The translations under genes and the position numbers were made by a program. The notes below the pieces were generated by a model. It ran no database searches, was not told the origin of the DNA, and saw nothing but the letters and a program-made list of their open reading frames with translations. Of a stretch of DNA of 64,000 bases, positions 39,596-53,800 are shown piece after piece. How positions within the stretch are numbered: position 1 is the first letter of the stretch; each line of letters begins with the position of its first letter. Source of the stretch: Octopus bimaculoides (Eukaryota); NCBI RefSeq assembly GCF_001194135.2, contig NC_068986.1, forward strand, positions 30,997,785 to 31,061,784, given 5' to 3'.

Positions 39596-40923
39596 CATTC
39601 ACTAACAAAATGGAGGTAAAAGCCTTAAGTGATTGGAAGAGGCTATTGAAATATTCTCAGTTCAGTAAGTTATTTAAATGATGGTAAAACAGAGAAGGGC
39701 CATATTCAACAAAGAAATATAACATTCAGCAAGAATAAGAATATTATCTGCATGTATTTTATCTAGAAAACGCAGAATAACCACATGACAGAAATAATTA
39801 ACATATTAATAATTGAAAACAAATAAAAGACACATTACTGAGATGATAAAGCTCTACTACAGACCCAATTTTCAAAATCAATAATCAAAACAGACTCCAA
39901 TAGACAGTAAAGTTACATTGACATGCACGTTTGTGCGGAGTAATGGAAGGCCAAATAATTGCAACTTCCAATAAGCTACTAATCAAAAACACATACTAAA
40001 TTAAATAACAAGAGTTATTGAATATGGTTAGTGGCTAATTTGAAAAAAGCCATTAGCTGGAACAGCAGAATACATTTATAGACTCAAGAGTGTAGCAGAC
40101 CCAACTTAAGAGAAATGGCTTAAGCATAGGAACTTTTTTTTAATGGCTTAATCAGAGCAAGAAGAGCAGTGCTCATGACCTTTTCCAGGCCTCTGAGGGA
40201 GGTGAAAGGAAGTTATACTTAGAGAAAAAAGCTGACCTGAATACTTGCTGCAGAGTGGGCTCCACTTTAGGTGGTGATGTTAAACTGGGACGAGAGGTTA
40301 AGACTATGACCCACAAATAAAAAGGCTCCTTTGACAGGCTTTTCCATACAATTGCTGTCCACCAAACTTTGCATACAAGGATTTGGTCGACTTAAGGTTA
40401 CATTAGAAGATACTTGCCCAAGGTGCCTCGCAGTGGGACTGAATCTGAATTACGTAGTTGTAAAGGTAAACTTCTTGACCACAGAGCCAAACCTGCATCC
40501 ATAGTTTACAGTAGACAAAAAAAAAAAAAAAAAGCAGGCTAATTCCTTAAAAATAGAAACACATACACACAGATCTGAAGGTACCTGATTAAGGATTACT
40601 GTCCAATCAGTTCAAATACGCTAATGAAGGATAATGAAAAAAAATATATACAACAAATTGTTAAAATATAAAGAGCCAAAAACTGCAGTATCAAAATGTA
40701 GAATATGGTCATAATTACTATTCTTGCTATTATGAGATCTTTACAAATGAAATCAAGGCCATGAACAAAGAACTAAAGAAATTCTAAGCAAACTTTCTAT
40801 GTAGCAAAAGTTAGTTCTACAAAGAATGCACACATCCTTCAGGAAAATGTTGGACTGACCAGTTATAAGCATAGGAATGATTATAACTAAGAAACTTTAT
40901 TTCAAGATTAAGGATCACCTTTG

Positions 40924-40960
<37 letters not shown>

Positions 40961-41189
40961 TAAATGAAAGTAAATTCTAATAACTGATAATTATCAAAAA
41001 ATTTCAACTCCATCCCATTGACTAAAATTTTGTTATCATCCAGTAATATTTTGTGGTCTGCATCAAAGGCTAAGTTGTTGTTTTTCTTTTGATTAAAAAA
41101 AAAACTCAATGTTCAATATGCTCTGACTGTATCTTACCTAATACTTCTGAATGCACCACCAAGATAGCACTTTTAAAATCTCCCCCCCC

Positions 41190-41223
<34 letters not shown>

Positions 41224-43266
41224 AGATAAACATACCAATAAAATATATACAGATACCAAATCTGAGTCTAGAGTATCCTGCTACATAATTTTCCTGTCAA
41301 GATATTTTAGATGTAAACAATTTTTTTTTTAAATATTTGTAAAATATTTACAAATTGTTGACACCAATGTTTTTGCAACTGGAGGCTTTTTAGAGCTAAC
41401 CAATCAATGTGAAGAATAGTATATATTTATTTATTCAGCTAAACAGGAGACAAGCAGTGTAATGTGCCTTCTAACCACATAAATACAACACAAAGGCTGA
41501 TATGTTAATGAGAGAGCCTCTACAATTGATCTCCTAGAAATAGTAGCTAAGTCTCACTGAAATCACACCTTATCTGAAATAAAGGACACATTGGACAATG
41601 AATTCCTTGATATAAAAGAAAAAAGAGAGACAGGATAGTCATGGCTGGAATACCTTTGATCATGGGTCTACTTTATCAGAGTTAACATGGGGCTAGACCA
41701 CAACAGCATAATAGCTGTAGCATGATCAGCAGCTAATAATTCCTCTAGAATAAAAAAGTAAAAAAATAAAATTAAAATAAAGCCATTGCTTAATCATCTA
41801 GTGTTAAATTATTAATTAAACTCAGTTGTAACTCCATGACCAACATGATCAAATAATAAGTTTTGAAAATATATAATATGAGCATATGGATTCATCACCA
41901 CAAGAGAAAAAAAAATTTTAAATACCTGGAGAAAAAATCCTGAATAGTTTTATCTTGAATCAAGAGATTGCTTCTTTATTCAGGACAAGGAATACATTTA
42001 TAATGAGTTAGGAACTTAAAGAGGGAAAATGATGGTAAGTCTACTACACTAGAAGACAATAAGTTTTTGAAATAGTAATAATGAAAGAATACTACAGTGA
42101 AATCCATTCACTGTATAACAAATTTAGTACTATCAAATGAAATGTTAACAGCTCATTCATTATTTCAAATGCTTATCATCCCGAGGGTCACAATAACAGC
42201 AAACTAACTAAGACAGACAAATTTTGCTAGTTGCTCACCAACAACTGCTAATTGTTCTCAAAAAGCTTTCCAGCATTCTTAAAGCAACAAATATACTTCC
42301 TTTGCTAATAGACTGGAGCTGCTTGAAAGTTTCCACTTGATAAGCCAGGTATACTGAAGCTCCGGAAGAAGCCTGCCTGGAGACACAACTCATCTAACAC
42401 TCAAGCTAAATCAACTGATCGCTTCCACTGTTTCTTCATCTTCCTATCTCCCTTTATAGAAAAACAGCAGCACCTTGGCAACAGCAAATGAAATACTACA
42501 CTCTGTATTTATTCAATATATATTCACTGGTAAATGTTTTTTTCTTCATGTCACCCAAGTCAGTACAGAACGCTCCTTATTATTCTAATTTTACCTCTTT
42601 TAATTTAAAAGTACTTTCAACAAGTAACAATAGAAAGAAAAAAACCATATCTAAATATATTTTAATGGCTACATTCTTTTCATTTTCTGTCTATCCAAGA
42701 AATAAGACTCTTTGGCTGACATGTTTCATGCAAGTGAACAGAAATAGAACCACAAAATTATGAAGAAATTTATGCACAAGCACAGGAAAATAGACAGGGT
42801 CATATTATGTGTGGCTCATATCCAACTCTAAGGAACTTCAATGGATAAGTTAAATAAATAACTTTAAAATAAATACATGGTCTTTACAGCAAGTTTAATT
42901 CATAGAAGAAGCTTAAGCCAGGTTCAAAATATAAATAAAGAGAATGAAAGCTATTTTGTATTATAGTTATTTTAAAATTCTTTCCTGTGACGGAAAGACT
43001 ATTTTTCCTGTCTCTTTTTACAATTCTTATACTTTTATATTGGAAATTATGTACCTTATTCAAGTTGATTATAATGGATTTTCGCATCAAATACAATATA
43101 TTTGGCAACAAGATTTAAAAGAAATGAAAATAAATGCATGCTATAAACAAAGAGAAGAAAAATAGAAACTTAGAAGCCACACACACATAAATGAGCCATA
43201 CCCAGCCAAAGTTAGAAATACACATATCATGGACAAACAATTATGGTAAGCATATACATGCATGCA

Positions 43267-43301
<35 letters not shown>

Positions 43302-43795
43302 CTGATGGAAAGTATAAACTGTAATTACGTACAATTTGTATAGAATTTCGATTTTGAAGGGGAGTTTTCTAGCATGAATAACAAGGGCAACCTCTGAGCT
43401 ATTATGAAATTTACTGAAGTGACATAAAAGCTTATTTCCAATTACTAGCAATGTCTGCTACTGTTGTTACTGGTGCTTTTGTTTCGTATCAGCCAGATCA
43501 TAATTTTGCTTGACAATCCAAAGCCTCAAATGAGAAAATTACTCCACCAAAGCCAGTCTTAAGGTAATTTTTTTTTCTTTCTTTCTTCCTGATATGAAAT
43601 TCTAAAGGCTCTCAGGTTTTTAATTTATAACATTGCCATATCAAAGACTTCACTGAGCATATTGTATTTGTTGGTAACCTTGCTAGTTATGACTACCACC
43701 TTTTTCCTTCACTAACTTTTCAATGCCTCCTTGCTACACTGTAATACAATTAAATATACCACATGTTGGTGTGTGTGTGTGTGTGTGTATATATA

Positions 43796-44200
43796 TCATC
43801 ATCATCATTTAACGTCCGCTTTCCATGCTGGCATTGATTGGTGGTTTGCCTGAGGACTGGCGAGCCAGAGGTCTCCAATCTGAATTGGCAAAGTTTCTAC
43901 AGCTGGATGCCCTTCCTAATGCCAACCACTCCAAGAGTGTAGTGGGTGCTTTTACATTCCACCAGTATGAGGGCCAGCAAGGCAGTTCTGGCAACAACCA
44001 CGCTCAAAAGGTGTTTTTTACATGTTACCTGCATGGGAGCCAGCCCAGCGGCACTGGCAACAACCACACTCAAATGTTGTTTGGCACATGTGCCAGTGAA
44101 GCAACGCTAGCAACGATCACACTTGAATGGTGCTTTTTACATGCCACCGACATGGTAGCCAATCAGCAGCCCTGGCAACAATCACACTTGGATTGTGCTA
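43796..44200 (-). mobile_element. RTE-type LINE 3' end with four internal sub-repeats
   Basis: Matches 17528-17762. The 'tggcaacaaccacgctcaaa'-like motif occurs at 43989, 44055, 44108 and 44173. Confidence 0.75.
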
Positions 44201-44494
44201 TGTACGAGTACCAATCTATCTTAAATCCAACTTTTCTCTCAGGGTGCTTGCACTCTGTTGTGTATGCACACTGACATTACACATCCAGCAGATTTATATA
44301 CATTGTATTCTCTCAACTCATCATATTTGGGTCTGAATCAAAGAGGATTGCAAACCAGAAATGTTATACTTAGGATGCATATCATTATTATACACCTCAA
44401 ATTGATATATTGTATCGTTTGTGTACAAGCATGGATGTGCATGCACAACTGTAAATGCACTTATACAAATGTGAATTCTTAAATGTGTGCATAT

Positions 44495-44500
44495 GCACAC

Positions 44501-44556
<56 letters not shown>

Positions 44557-44575
44557 TATATATTTATATACATAC

Positions 44576-44609
<34 letters not shown>

Positions 44610-45580
44610 NNNNNNNNNNNNNNNNNNNNNNNNNNNNNNNNNNNNNNNNNNNNNNNNNNNNNNNNNNNNNNNNNNNNNNNNNNNNNNNNNNNNNNNNNNN
44701 NNNNNNNNNNNNNNNNNNNNNNNNNNNNNNNNNNNNNNNNNNNNNNNNNNNNNNNNNNNNNNNNNNNNNNNNNNNNNNNNNNNNNNNNNNNNNNNNNNNN
44801 NNNNNNNNNNNNNNNNNNNNNNNNNNNNNNNNNNNNNNNNNNNNNNNNNNNNNNNNNNNNNNNNNNNNNNNNNNNNNNNNNNNNNNNNNNNNNNNNNNNN
44901 NNNNNNNNNNNNNNNNNNNNNNNNNNNNNNNNNNNNNNNNNNNNNNNNNNNNNNNNNNNNNNNNNNNNNNNNNNNNNNNNNNNNNNNNNNNNNNNNNNNN
45001 NNNNNNNNNNNNNNNNNNNNNNNNNNNNNNNNNNNNNNNNNNNNNNNNNNNNNNNNNNNNNNNNNNNNNNNNNNNNNNNNNNNNNNNNNNNNNNNNNNNN
45101 NNNNNNNNNNNNNNNNNNNNNNNNNNNNNNNNNNNNNNNNNNNNNNNNNNNNNNNNNNNNNNNNNNNNNNNNNNNNNNNNNNNNNNNNNNNNNNNNNNNN
45201 NNNNNNNNNNNNNNNNNNNNNNNNNNNNNNNNNNNNNNNNNNNNNNNNNNNNNNNNNNNNNNNNNNNNNNNNNNNNNNNNNNNNNNNNNNNNNNNNNNNN
45301 NNNNNNNNNNNNNNNNNNNNNNNNNNNNNNNNNNNNNNNNNNNNNNNNNNNNNNNNNNNNNNNNNNNNNNNNNNNNNNNNNNNNNNNNNNNNNNNNNNNN
45401 NNNNNNNNNNNNNNNNNNNNNNNNNNNNNNNNNNNNNNNNNNNNNNNNNNNNNNNNNNNNNNNNNNNNNNNNNNNNNNNNNNNNNNNNNNNNNNNNNNNN
45501 NNATATATGTATATATATACACACACATACATATGTACAAATACATCTATATATATATACACATACATACATATGTACAT

Positions 45581-45615
<35 letters not shown>

Positions 45616-45745
45616 CAAATACATCTATATATACACACACACACATGTATATATACACATATATATACACACACATACATATATAAATAAATATGCAAAT
45701 ACATCTATATATACATACACACACACACACACACAAATACACCTC

Positions 45746-45779
<34 letters not shown>

Positions 45780-45850
45780 TATATATATAATAACATAAAT
45801 AATATATAATTACATACACACACCCACATACACATATATAATGTTTGCTT
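44495..45850. repeat. Complex (TA)/(CA) satellite flanking an 893-N gap
   Basis: Seen directly in the sequence; it produces the spurious 320-435 aa ORFs. Confidence 0.9.
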
Positions 45851-46458
45851 TTATGTATGGTTATATATATAAAAACAGAGAAACGTTTAACTGAAGGATC
45901 AATCAATACCTTTCTGTAGAGTAACATGTTTTATTTTTAAAAAAGGAAAAGGTTGACAGTTACTTTGAAGTCTGTCCAATAAAGACTAAATATCCAAAAC
46001 TTCCAAGTAACTGTCAACCTTACCTTTGTAAAGATTTGCATACAAGCACACACACACACACACACACACACCACTATCAACTTTACTAACCAAATTCACA
46101 GTTACTGACGAAGGAGTTGTTTTGTCTTAGCTCTTTTCCATTTTAATCATGCAAATTAGCATTAGACAAGAATGTACTCAACTATTTCCATATATATTAA
46201 ATTATCCCTGGCTGTTAGGATACAAGAAAGACTTATGATATACATGCTAATCACAGTAAACCAAGGCCAAAACACATCCCATATGTCCCTTGGCTGTGAA
46301 ACAAAGATTAGATTGTCCTTCTTTTTTAAGTATGTCAATTCAACCATGTAATTATTCTTGAATACATGTGTATGTGTGTGGTGTGTGTATGTGAATGTAC
46401 AAATACATATAATATATTTACATATTTTTTATTTAGAGAGACTTAGAAATATTAATAA

Positions 46459-46492
<34 letters not shown>

Positions 46493-46559
46493 AGAGAGAG
46501 AGAGAGACTGGTATAGAGACATAGCACAATACACATATAAAATACTGACTATATAATGG

Positions 46560-46750
46560 TCTCAAATGTTGGCATGGTAAGTCAATGGAGTTGACCCCAG
46601 TGCTCAGCTTCTACTGATTTTATCAACCCCAAAAAGAAGAAAGGCAAAAATCAACCCTGGTGGAATTCGAACTCAAAATGTAAAAGACAGGTGAAAAGCT
46701 GCCAAGCATTTTGTTTGGTGTGCTAACAATTCTGCCAACTTGCTACCTAC
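46560..46750 (-). mobile_element. Family C SINE
   Basis: 'ttgaccccagtgctc…tttatcaacccc…ggcaaaaatcaaccctggtggaattcgaactcaaaatgtaaagac…gctaacaattctgcc'. Similar copies at ~19395-19540, 56960-57330, 57690-57840 and 59895-60080. Confidence 0.75.
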
Positions 46751-46904
46751 ACTTACTATATAATGCTTCTATTAAACTGCATATCATATATAATCATAAT
46801 ATATAACAGCTAAGATATACAACATATAATACACTGTTATATAATATATGATAAATTGTAAATATGTTGCATGTCGTATAATCTGTTGTTATATGTCATA
46901 TTGT

Positions 46905-47400
46905 AAGAAGGCAAAGGTATGGCTGCATTATTAAGAAGTTTGTTTCCCAACTACATGGTTTTAGGTTCAGTCACACTGTAAAACACCTTGGACAACTTAA
47001 GAAATAAACACAACTTTTGTTATATCGCCCGGCCAAACAAAGCCTTGTGAGTGGATCTGGATCAGGTAGAAGAAAACTGAAAGAAGCTTGACTAATATGT
47101 ATATATGTATGTATATATACGCAAATGTATGTGTGTGTATGTGCATGTATATGTATTTGTCTTTGCTAATATTTGCACTTCTCCAAATATTATGAGCTAT
47201 AACCAGAGATGCTGCCAATTTCTCCTGTTAATCAAGTGCCGCTAGCTTTGCACCTTCAAGGATGTTTGAAGATAAAAAAAATATCCCTTACTTGAGCAAA
47301 AGTAAGGATGAGTGACAGGAAAGGCATCTAGCTGTAAAACAATGCCTAAATAATACACTCATCCAACCTAGGTTTGCGTGGATGTACAAACAAAAATGTA
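46905..47400 (+). mobile_element. Diverged family A head (~46905-47100) and RTE-type tail (~47200-47400)
   Basis: 'tttcccaactacatggttttaggttcagtc…aaagccttgtgagtgga'; 'gtgacaggaaaggcatctagctgtaaaac'. Confidence 0.6.
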
Positions 47401-49373
47401 TCATGTTATGTAATGCATGGTATTATATTGTGTGTGTACATATACTGATACACACACACACACACACACAAAAAAAAAGCATACATTCACATAAACACAT
47501 ACACATGTGTATGTATCTGTGTATAAATACAGACATAGAAGGAGAAATTGATATACACCCACAAACACACCGTGGGTAAGAAAACAAAAAAATAATTCAA
47601 ATTTTATAATTGTAGAGTGAAACTTGAATACAAATGAGAAACTTCAAATGGTTTTAGTTTCTAAAGGTTCATTTATTTCTTAATAGTATTTCTCAAATTA
47701 GAGAACAAATAGCAACAATACTTTCTCTCAGTACACATACATAAATTGGGAAAACATTATGTTACTTAATATCAGTAGTTGTCAAGCTTTATGTAAATTT
47801 TCTTGGAAGTTTTTCTCATTCACATCTAACGACCGACAATCACAATACTAAAAATGCCTATCAGATCAGAACAACAGCTCATCAATAAGTCCTGGGTTTT
47901 TGAAAGCTTTTTAAATAATAATATAGTAAAATGCAATTGAAAAAAAAAAAGCGAAAGAAAGAAAAGATAAAAAAAGAAAAAGAAAAATACAATCTTCATA
48001 AACAATAGTCTAATATTGATCTTACAGATAATGTAATAGAAACTGGTGATGGAAAAGACATCTCTTGCAGTTCATGAATGGGAAAATGAATGATCGACCT
48101 TTTTAGGTCAATTTAACTGAACAAGTCAGTCCAAATCATAATCGCTTCAATGCAAAACTGGTAGAGTATTTTATTTACTTATTATTTTTCTTATCATTAT
48201 TAATAATTTTGTATTTTAATAATGGTCACATCAAATGTATCCTTTTGACGTGATCAGCAAATAGGGCAAAACAGCTAGTAAAGAGAAAGAAAGTAATATT
48301 TATGTTGTCATTGTCAGCCTTAGCAATATAATTCACAAAATAAATTAAGAATAGAGGGTTTTTTTGTTTTTTTTTTATCTGTTGAGTTGTTTGTTACAGT
48401 AGAGTTTCAAGCATCAATTTTACTTGGCAAGATTTTGTGAATTCATAAAATCTTTTTTTTTTAAGTGCTATATGCTGTACATAAACACAGATGTTAAAAT
48501 TTCTAATCCTAATTTCATACGAGTGCTTTTGGCTGCGATTATATTATTTTCTCATTATTTTAAAATACATTTAACTGCTTCTTTGATTTATATCAATCAC
48601 ATATGTAATCTTAAGTAATTTAGAAATATTCTCTGATGCTCAACATATTCACATGTTAAGACCAGAGGAATTTTCTGAGAATACTAATGTTTTGAAAGGC
48701 TCGATATGATAGCTAACGAGTTGTAATTAGAGTTAAGCCCAGATCATCCTTGATCAAGTAGACTATGAGAAAATCATTTCACTCCAGTTGTAATTATCCT
48801 GTCTAGTACACTTTATTCATTTGTTCATTTAACTTTCATTTTGCCATGCTAGTATGGGAGTCATTTGATATGCTTGGATGGGAGTTATTTGAGGCAGGGT
48901 TTTACAGCCAGACACTCTTCCTGTTTTTCAAGTATGAGATTTCTTCATTCCACAGGTCTTTGAAAGTGCAAATCACCAATTCACTGTAATTAACATGAAT
49001 ATGAAATTCTCACACATTCTCACTCTTTCTCTCTCCTTCCCCCTCTCTAGGCTTCCAACAGTTTCCATCTACCAAATTCCATCACATGCACTGATTGGCC
49101 CAGGATTATAATAGAAATTACCCAAGGCGCCATGTAATGAGACTGGACCGAAAACCATCTAGTAGCAAAGTGAACTTCTTAACCACACAGCAGTATATCT
49201 AGGTATATATTATTCAATGCCTTCTCCAAAACATTTTTTGTTAAGATGGCAGAGTGCGATCTGTGGGAGGTTTGAATGCTATTTATAGCCGATCGAGCAA
49301 ACTATTAGCTTGAGGAAAAAGCAAGTGAATGTAAAGGCTATGGAGACCAATATATAAACAACATCCTAGCCAG

Positions 49374-49670
49374 AAGGCGCGTGGCCTAGTGGTTAGGGTG
49401 TTGCACTCACCACCTGCTAGACCATGGGCTTGATTCTCACACAGAGCGGCGAGTTGTGTTCTTGAGCAAAACACTTCACTTCATGTTGCTCCAGTTCACT
49501 CATCTGTAAATGGGTAACCCTGCATGGACTAGCCTTCTGCTCAGGGGAAATACTGGAATGTTGGCCTGCTCGCCTAGCCAGCATGGGTAGCATCATTCGA
49601 AAGCTAAAACAATGTAAAGCACACTGTGACCAGTGATGCATAACAATATCTGATAGTCTGGTCAATCATA
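49374..49670 (+). mobile_element. tRNA-derived SINE of a different family (V-SINE-like centre)
   Basis: A-box TGGCCTAGTGG (49382-49392) and degenerate B-box (~49426-49437); 'gttcttgagcaaaacactt…aatgggtaaccctgcatggactagcc…caggg' resembles the V-SINE central domain as I recall it. A partial reverse copy lies at ~63350-63480. Family A head fragments flank it (~49045-49195 and 49730-49850, both minus). Confidence 0.6.
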
Positions 49671-49892
49671 TTGAACCGTTAATCACTACACATTGTTTTT
49701 CTCTCTGTTTTTTTTTTTTTTAACCCTCTCAATCCTTTCTTGAGGCTATAGTAGAAGACACTTGCCCAAAGTGCCATGCAGTGGGACTGAACCCGGAACT
49801 GTGTGCTTGGAAAGCAAGCTACTTACCACACAGCCATGTCTGTGCCTACATATATATATCTATACACACACACACATATATATAGAGAGAGT

Positions 49893-49926
49893 GATAGATA
49901 GATAGACAGATAGATAGGTAGATAAG

Positions 49927-50000
<74 letters not shown>

Positions 50001-50001
50001 T
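49893..50001. repeat. (GATA)n microsatellite
   Basis: About 25 units. Confidence 0.95.
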
Positions 50002-50750
50002 AGAATTTATATTTACATTTTTGAATACATGATGTAGAGGGCCATCCAGCCTGCAAGAAATAGCAGCCAAATCATTTTTCACAGTATCACCTAATATCCA
50101 AATAAGAACACGTTAAGATAGTGTTCTCCAAGGTATGCTATGCTTGATAAAAAGTCAGAATGGTTATTGCTGGAATGCTTTTGATCAGAAAGAAAACCAA
50201 CTTGCCACAGATTTACAGTAGTAAACATAATCATGCATGCACACACAGAGATTAGAGATATTTGTGTCTATTCTTATCTGGAGACACAAAAACAGACAAA
50301 AGAAGAAGAAAAAAAACTAAACAGGCCAGTCAGTCTCCTAACTAAAGCAGAAAGGCCAACACAACAACAAGCAATATGTAGAAGGTATGGCTATAAGAAC
50401 AAGCTTAGTTGTGGGATGAGGTATATTCAGAAGGTAAGTGAAGAAATCTAATTTTGAATAACATGTCATTTATCTGGATGTCATATAAAAGTGCTCCTAA
50501 AATGACACGAGAGTAAAAGATCATTGGAAGTGAAAATGACGGAGGAGGGAATGGAATTGGCATATTTATGTTACAATTGCACCTTGCTTGAGTCATGATA
50601 GCTATTTAAAACATACATTCATTCACTATTTATTTTGTTTATTAATCAATAGTAATTAATAGTGACAGAAGCAGTATTAATACCAAAAGGTAATATTTAT
50701 CTCCCACTAAAAGTAAATGTTGTATTAAAACACAGAATACTGTCATTTAC

Positions 50751-50892
50751 CTCGAAAATACATCTCGCATGGGTTCGTGGTGCATATAAGCACTCATGTG
50801 TATATTGCTGACGGGTAATGATCATCTGCTATGGCTGCCTGAACTGTGTTTGATGTTATAGAGTATTAAGTGCTTTTACTGTCATCTACAAC
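50751..50892 (-). CDS. Candidate isolated exon (5' UTR plus possible start, MSAYMHHEPMRDVFS…), unassigned
   Basis: Minus-strand acceptor 'cttattcatcttcttcattatcaatgtccag|' and donor 'GAG|gtaaat'. Unique, GC/CpG-richer sequence. ATG at 50797-50795. No homology recognised. Confidence 0.22.
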
Positions 50893-53800
50893 CTGGACAT
50901 TGATAATGAAGAAGATGAATAAGATAGCAGATATCTATTTATTGCTCCAGTGTAATCAAGAAGGATCAGCTGAGATCAAACAGGAGATGATGCGTATAAG
51001 CATAGAGAAGAGATAAAACTCAACAAAATTCAGAAATAGATGTTGATATAAAAATTATCAGAAAGCTTAGCAAAATTCAGAAATAGACATTTATATCAGA
51101 CTGGTTAGTATGCCATTTGTCACTTGCTTACAAAGACTGTTCAAAGTATTAACAAGTAGCATCAGAATACCAATCCTGATTGCAGCAAAAATAAAGGAAA
51201 TGCACTGGTGAGAATTCGAATTGGCAGATCAAATTATGAAAGTAGTAAAAATAGTGACAGCAAAGTTAGACTAAAAGAGCTGAATTCGATATAATGCAGT
51301 TCAGATTTTTCACTGCTGTGTGAAGCTGCAATTTGTTGTAAAAGACAAATAATTATCTTTCGCATTTGTTCAATTGATTATAACAATGGCAGGTGTGAAT
51401 TAATGTCCTTTGATTTCTCACCAACAGTTGTGGAGTTAATCCAAATAAAGAAATGGAAGTTAGGTCAGGCTTGAGATCGTTGGTTTTTATAGGTGGAAAG
51501 CACAGATTAATAAATATTACATTGAAAGCCTGTCGAAACCCATGCAACTACAAAAAGAGGGGTAACTCACACACACACATCTAGGTTAGGTTGAACACAA
51601 TGTAAGAATTTTTTTTTTAATGCATCAGAATTTGTAAAAAAATTAAAGTTTTAATAGCTAAAAAGAGAGAAAGTGAACATCCCATTTTTAGCAGCACTAT
51701 AATTTTAACCTGTTCTTGCTGATGCAGTGTTATAATAGATGTTCTCCGTAAAACATTCTGTAATCACAGCAACAGAGAAAATGAAAGAAACTTATAAGAT
51801 TTATGATCAATGAGACACGTTGTCACGATAAATAAAACTTATTAACTCTTATTGTTGTTGCCAAGTATCAAAGAACAAATACCAAGCAGAGATACAAACT
51901 GTATTTGACATTTCATTGAATGAATCATGGAAATAAGAGAATGAACGAATAAAAGCATTCAGTGATAATCTTCAAGCCAAAAGAAAATATACACATATAA
52001 ATAGAAATAGATTAATATCAACAAAAAGAATATATTCATATTAGTCTATCTAAATTTTACAACAATTCAGTATTGGCATCACTATCATTATCATCATCCT
52101 GTTCCATTTCCCCATGTTTTCATAAGTTGGATAGGTAACCAGCACTAACACATGAGCTCAAACACCATTTTGGCATTAGCATTTGTTTTTATATAGAGAT
52201 TATTCGGTGTATATTTTGCACAGGAGCAAGGAGGAAAATAGCGAAATACATCAAGCCAAGGGGAGAAATGACAACAAAAAGGGTTAAGAACCACTGAGGT
52301 AGGGAATATTGAGGAGACATGATGAAAGCTTTCCAGCCATGACTGTCTGCCTTTTGGCTTATCAGGCATTGCATTCTCTAATGTATCTTTCATTCTTGAA
52401 GGAATGCACGTATGCATACACACATACACCTGTTTTGGCACAGTGTCACCACATGTATGTAAACATATTAATGTGTATATGTGTGTGTGAATACATGAGT
52501 TGCTATAATGTATGTATATGTGTGTGTGTATATATATATATATATATACATATATATATTGTGTGTAATTATGTTTGTCTGTGTGTAAACTATTTTGAGT
52601 TTCATAGGATGTGTTCAACCACTTATGAAACAGGAAGTGATGTCAGTGAATACCGGAAACACCCACAGGCAACTTGTATTTCTTTACTATGGAGATATGC
52701 CTAAAAGAAGATGGGTCTGTATGTGCACACACATATAAACGCATAAGCACACAAACATTTGCATGTATGCATAAACACACAAGCACACACTCTTCAATTT
52801 TTTTTTTATTGCACTATTCACATTTTTTATGAATACTTTCCATTAACATTTGATAGATTCATGTTCTAAGGTCCATTGTACTTCCCAACAGTTCATGTTT
52901 TACTTGATCTTATCTTGTGGATGAAAATACATGTAAATATGGTTGTAGTTCCTGTGTTTGTTTACTTTATATTTATTTTTATTTTAAAAAAGGAACATGA
53001 AAATAATTTTTACATGTCAGTTTCTCATTAACTGTCTCTACACATTACATTTTCTGGCCATTGGCATTAAGTTTCAGCTTGTAGTTAGAGACGTGATTTG
53101 GTAGCTGATGTCAAGTTTTAGCTAGTTACGAAAATGTATTGTGTATATTTTTTTCTATGGCTGATAATGCATTTATAATAAACTGCCATTGTAATATATT
53201 ATTACACCACAAAACAAGACAAAAATGGACAGAAAACAAGGGGGGGGGGGGGTAAAAGGGCAAAAAAAACACTTGATTAACACAACTATCATCAACAGAA
53301 ATATCTTAACAAATTTAGAAACTGGGTCATCAAATCTATCTCAATTTGTAAATCCCATCCAAAACTCAATACATGAATGACACATAACTAATAGCTAACT
53401 GGCATCTGACATCAACAGCCAGGCCAAATCTCAATGACAAGCAGATTCCGGATGCAAAGAGACAGAGAAGTAAAAGTACACAGACAATTAATGAGAAACA
53501 AGAGATTGTAAACAATGTTTTAATGCATCTGTAGCTAGATTAAAAACAACCAAAACACAGCAATACATTGCTAGTTCAAATGTTTTCAACCAGAAGATAA
53601 GATCAAGAAGGCATTGAAACACTGATGAGACAACACAGCTTGAAACATTATTCTTCCATTTGTAACAAAAAATCTTAAATAAATTATATTTGCAATAACA
53701 TGTAAAGGTAAAGGAATTTTTAGACATACATAATGAGAGTAGCAACAGCATGAATTATGAACAAACAGATATACAGAATCATATCTATGTTTAATAAACA

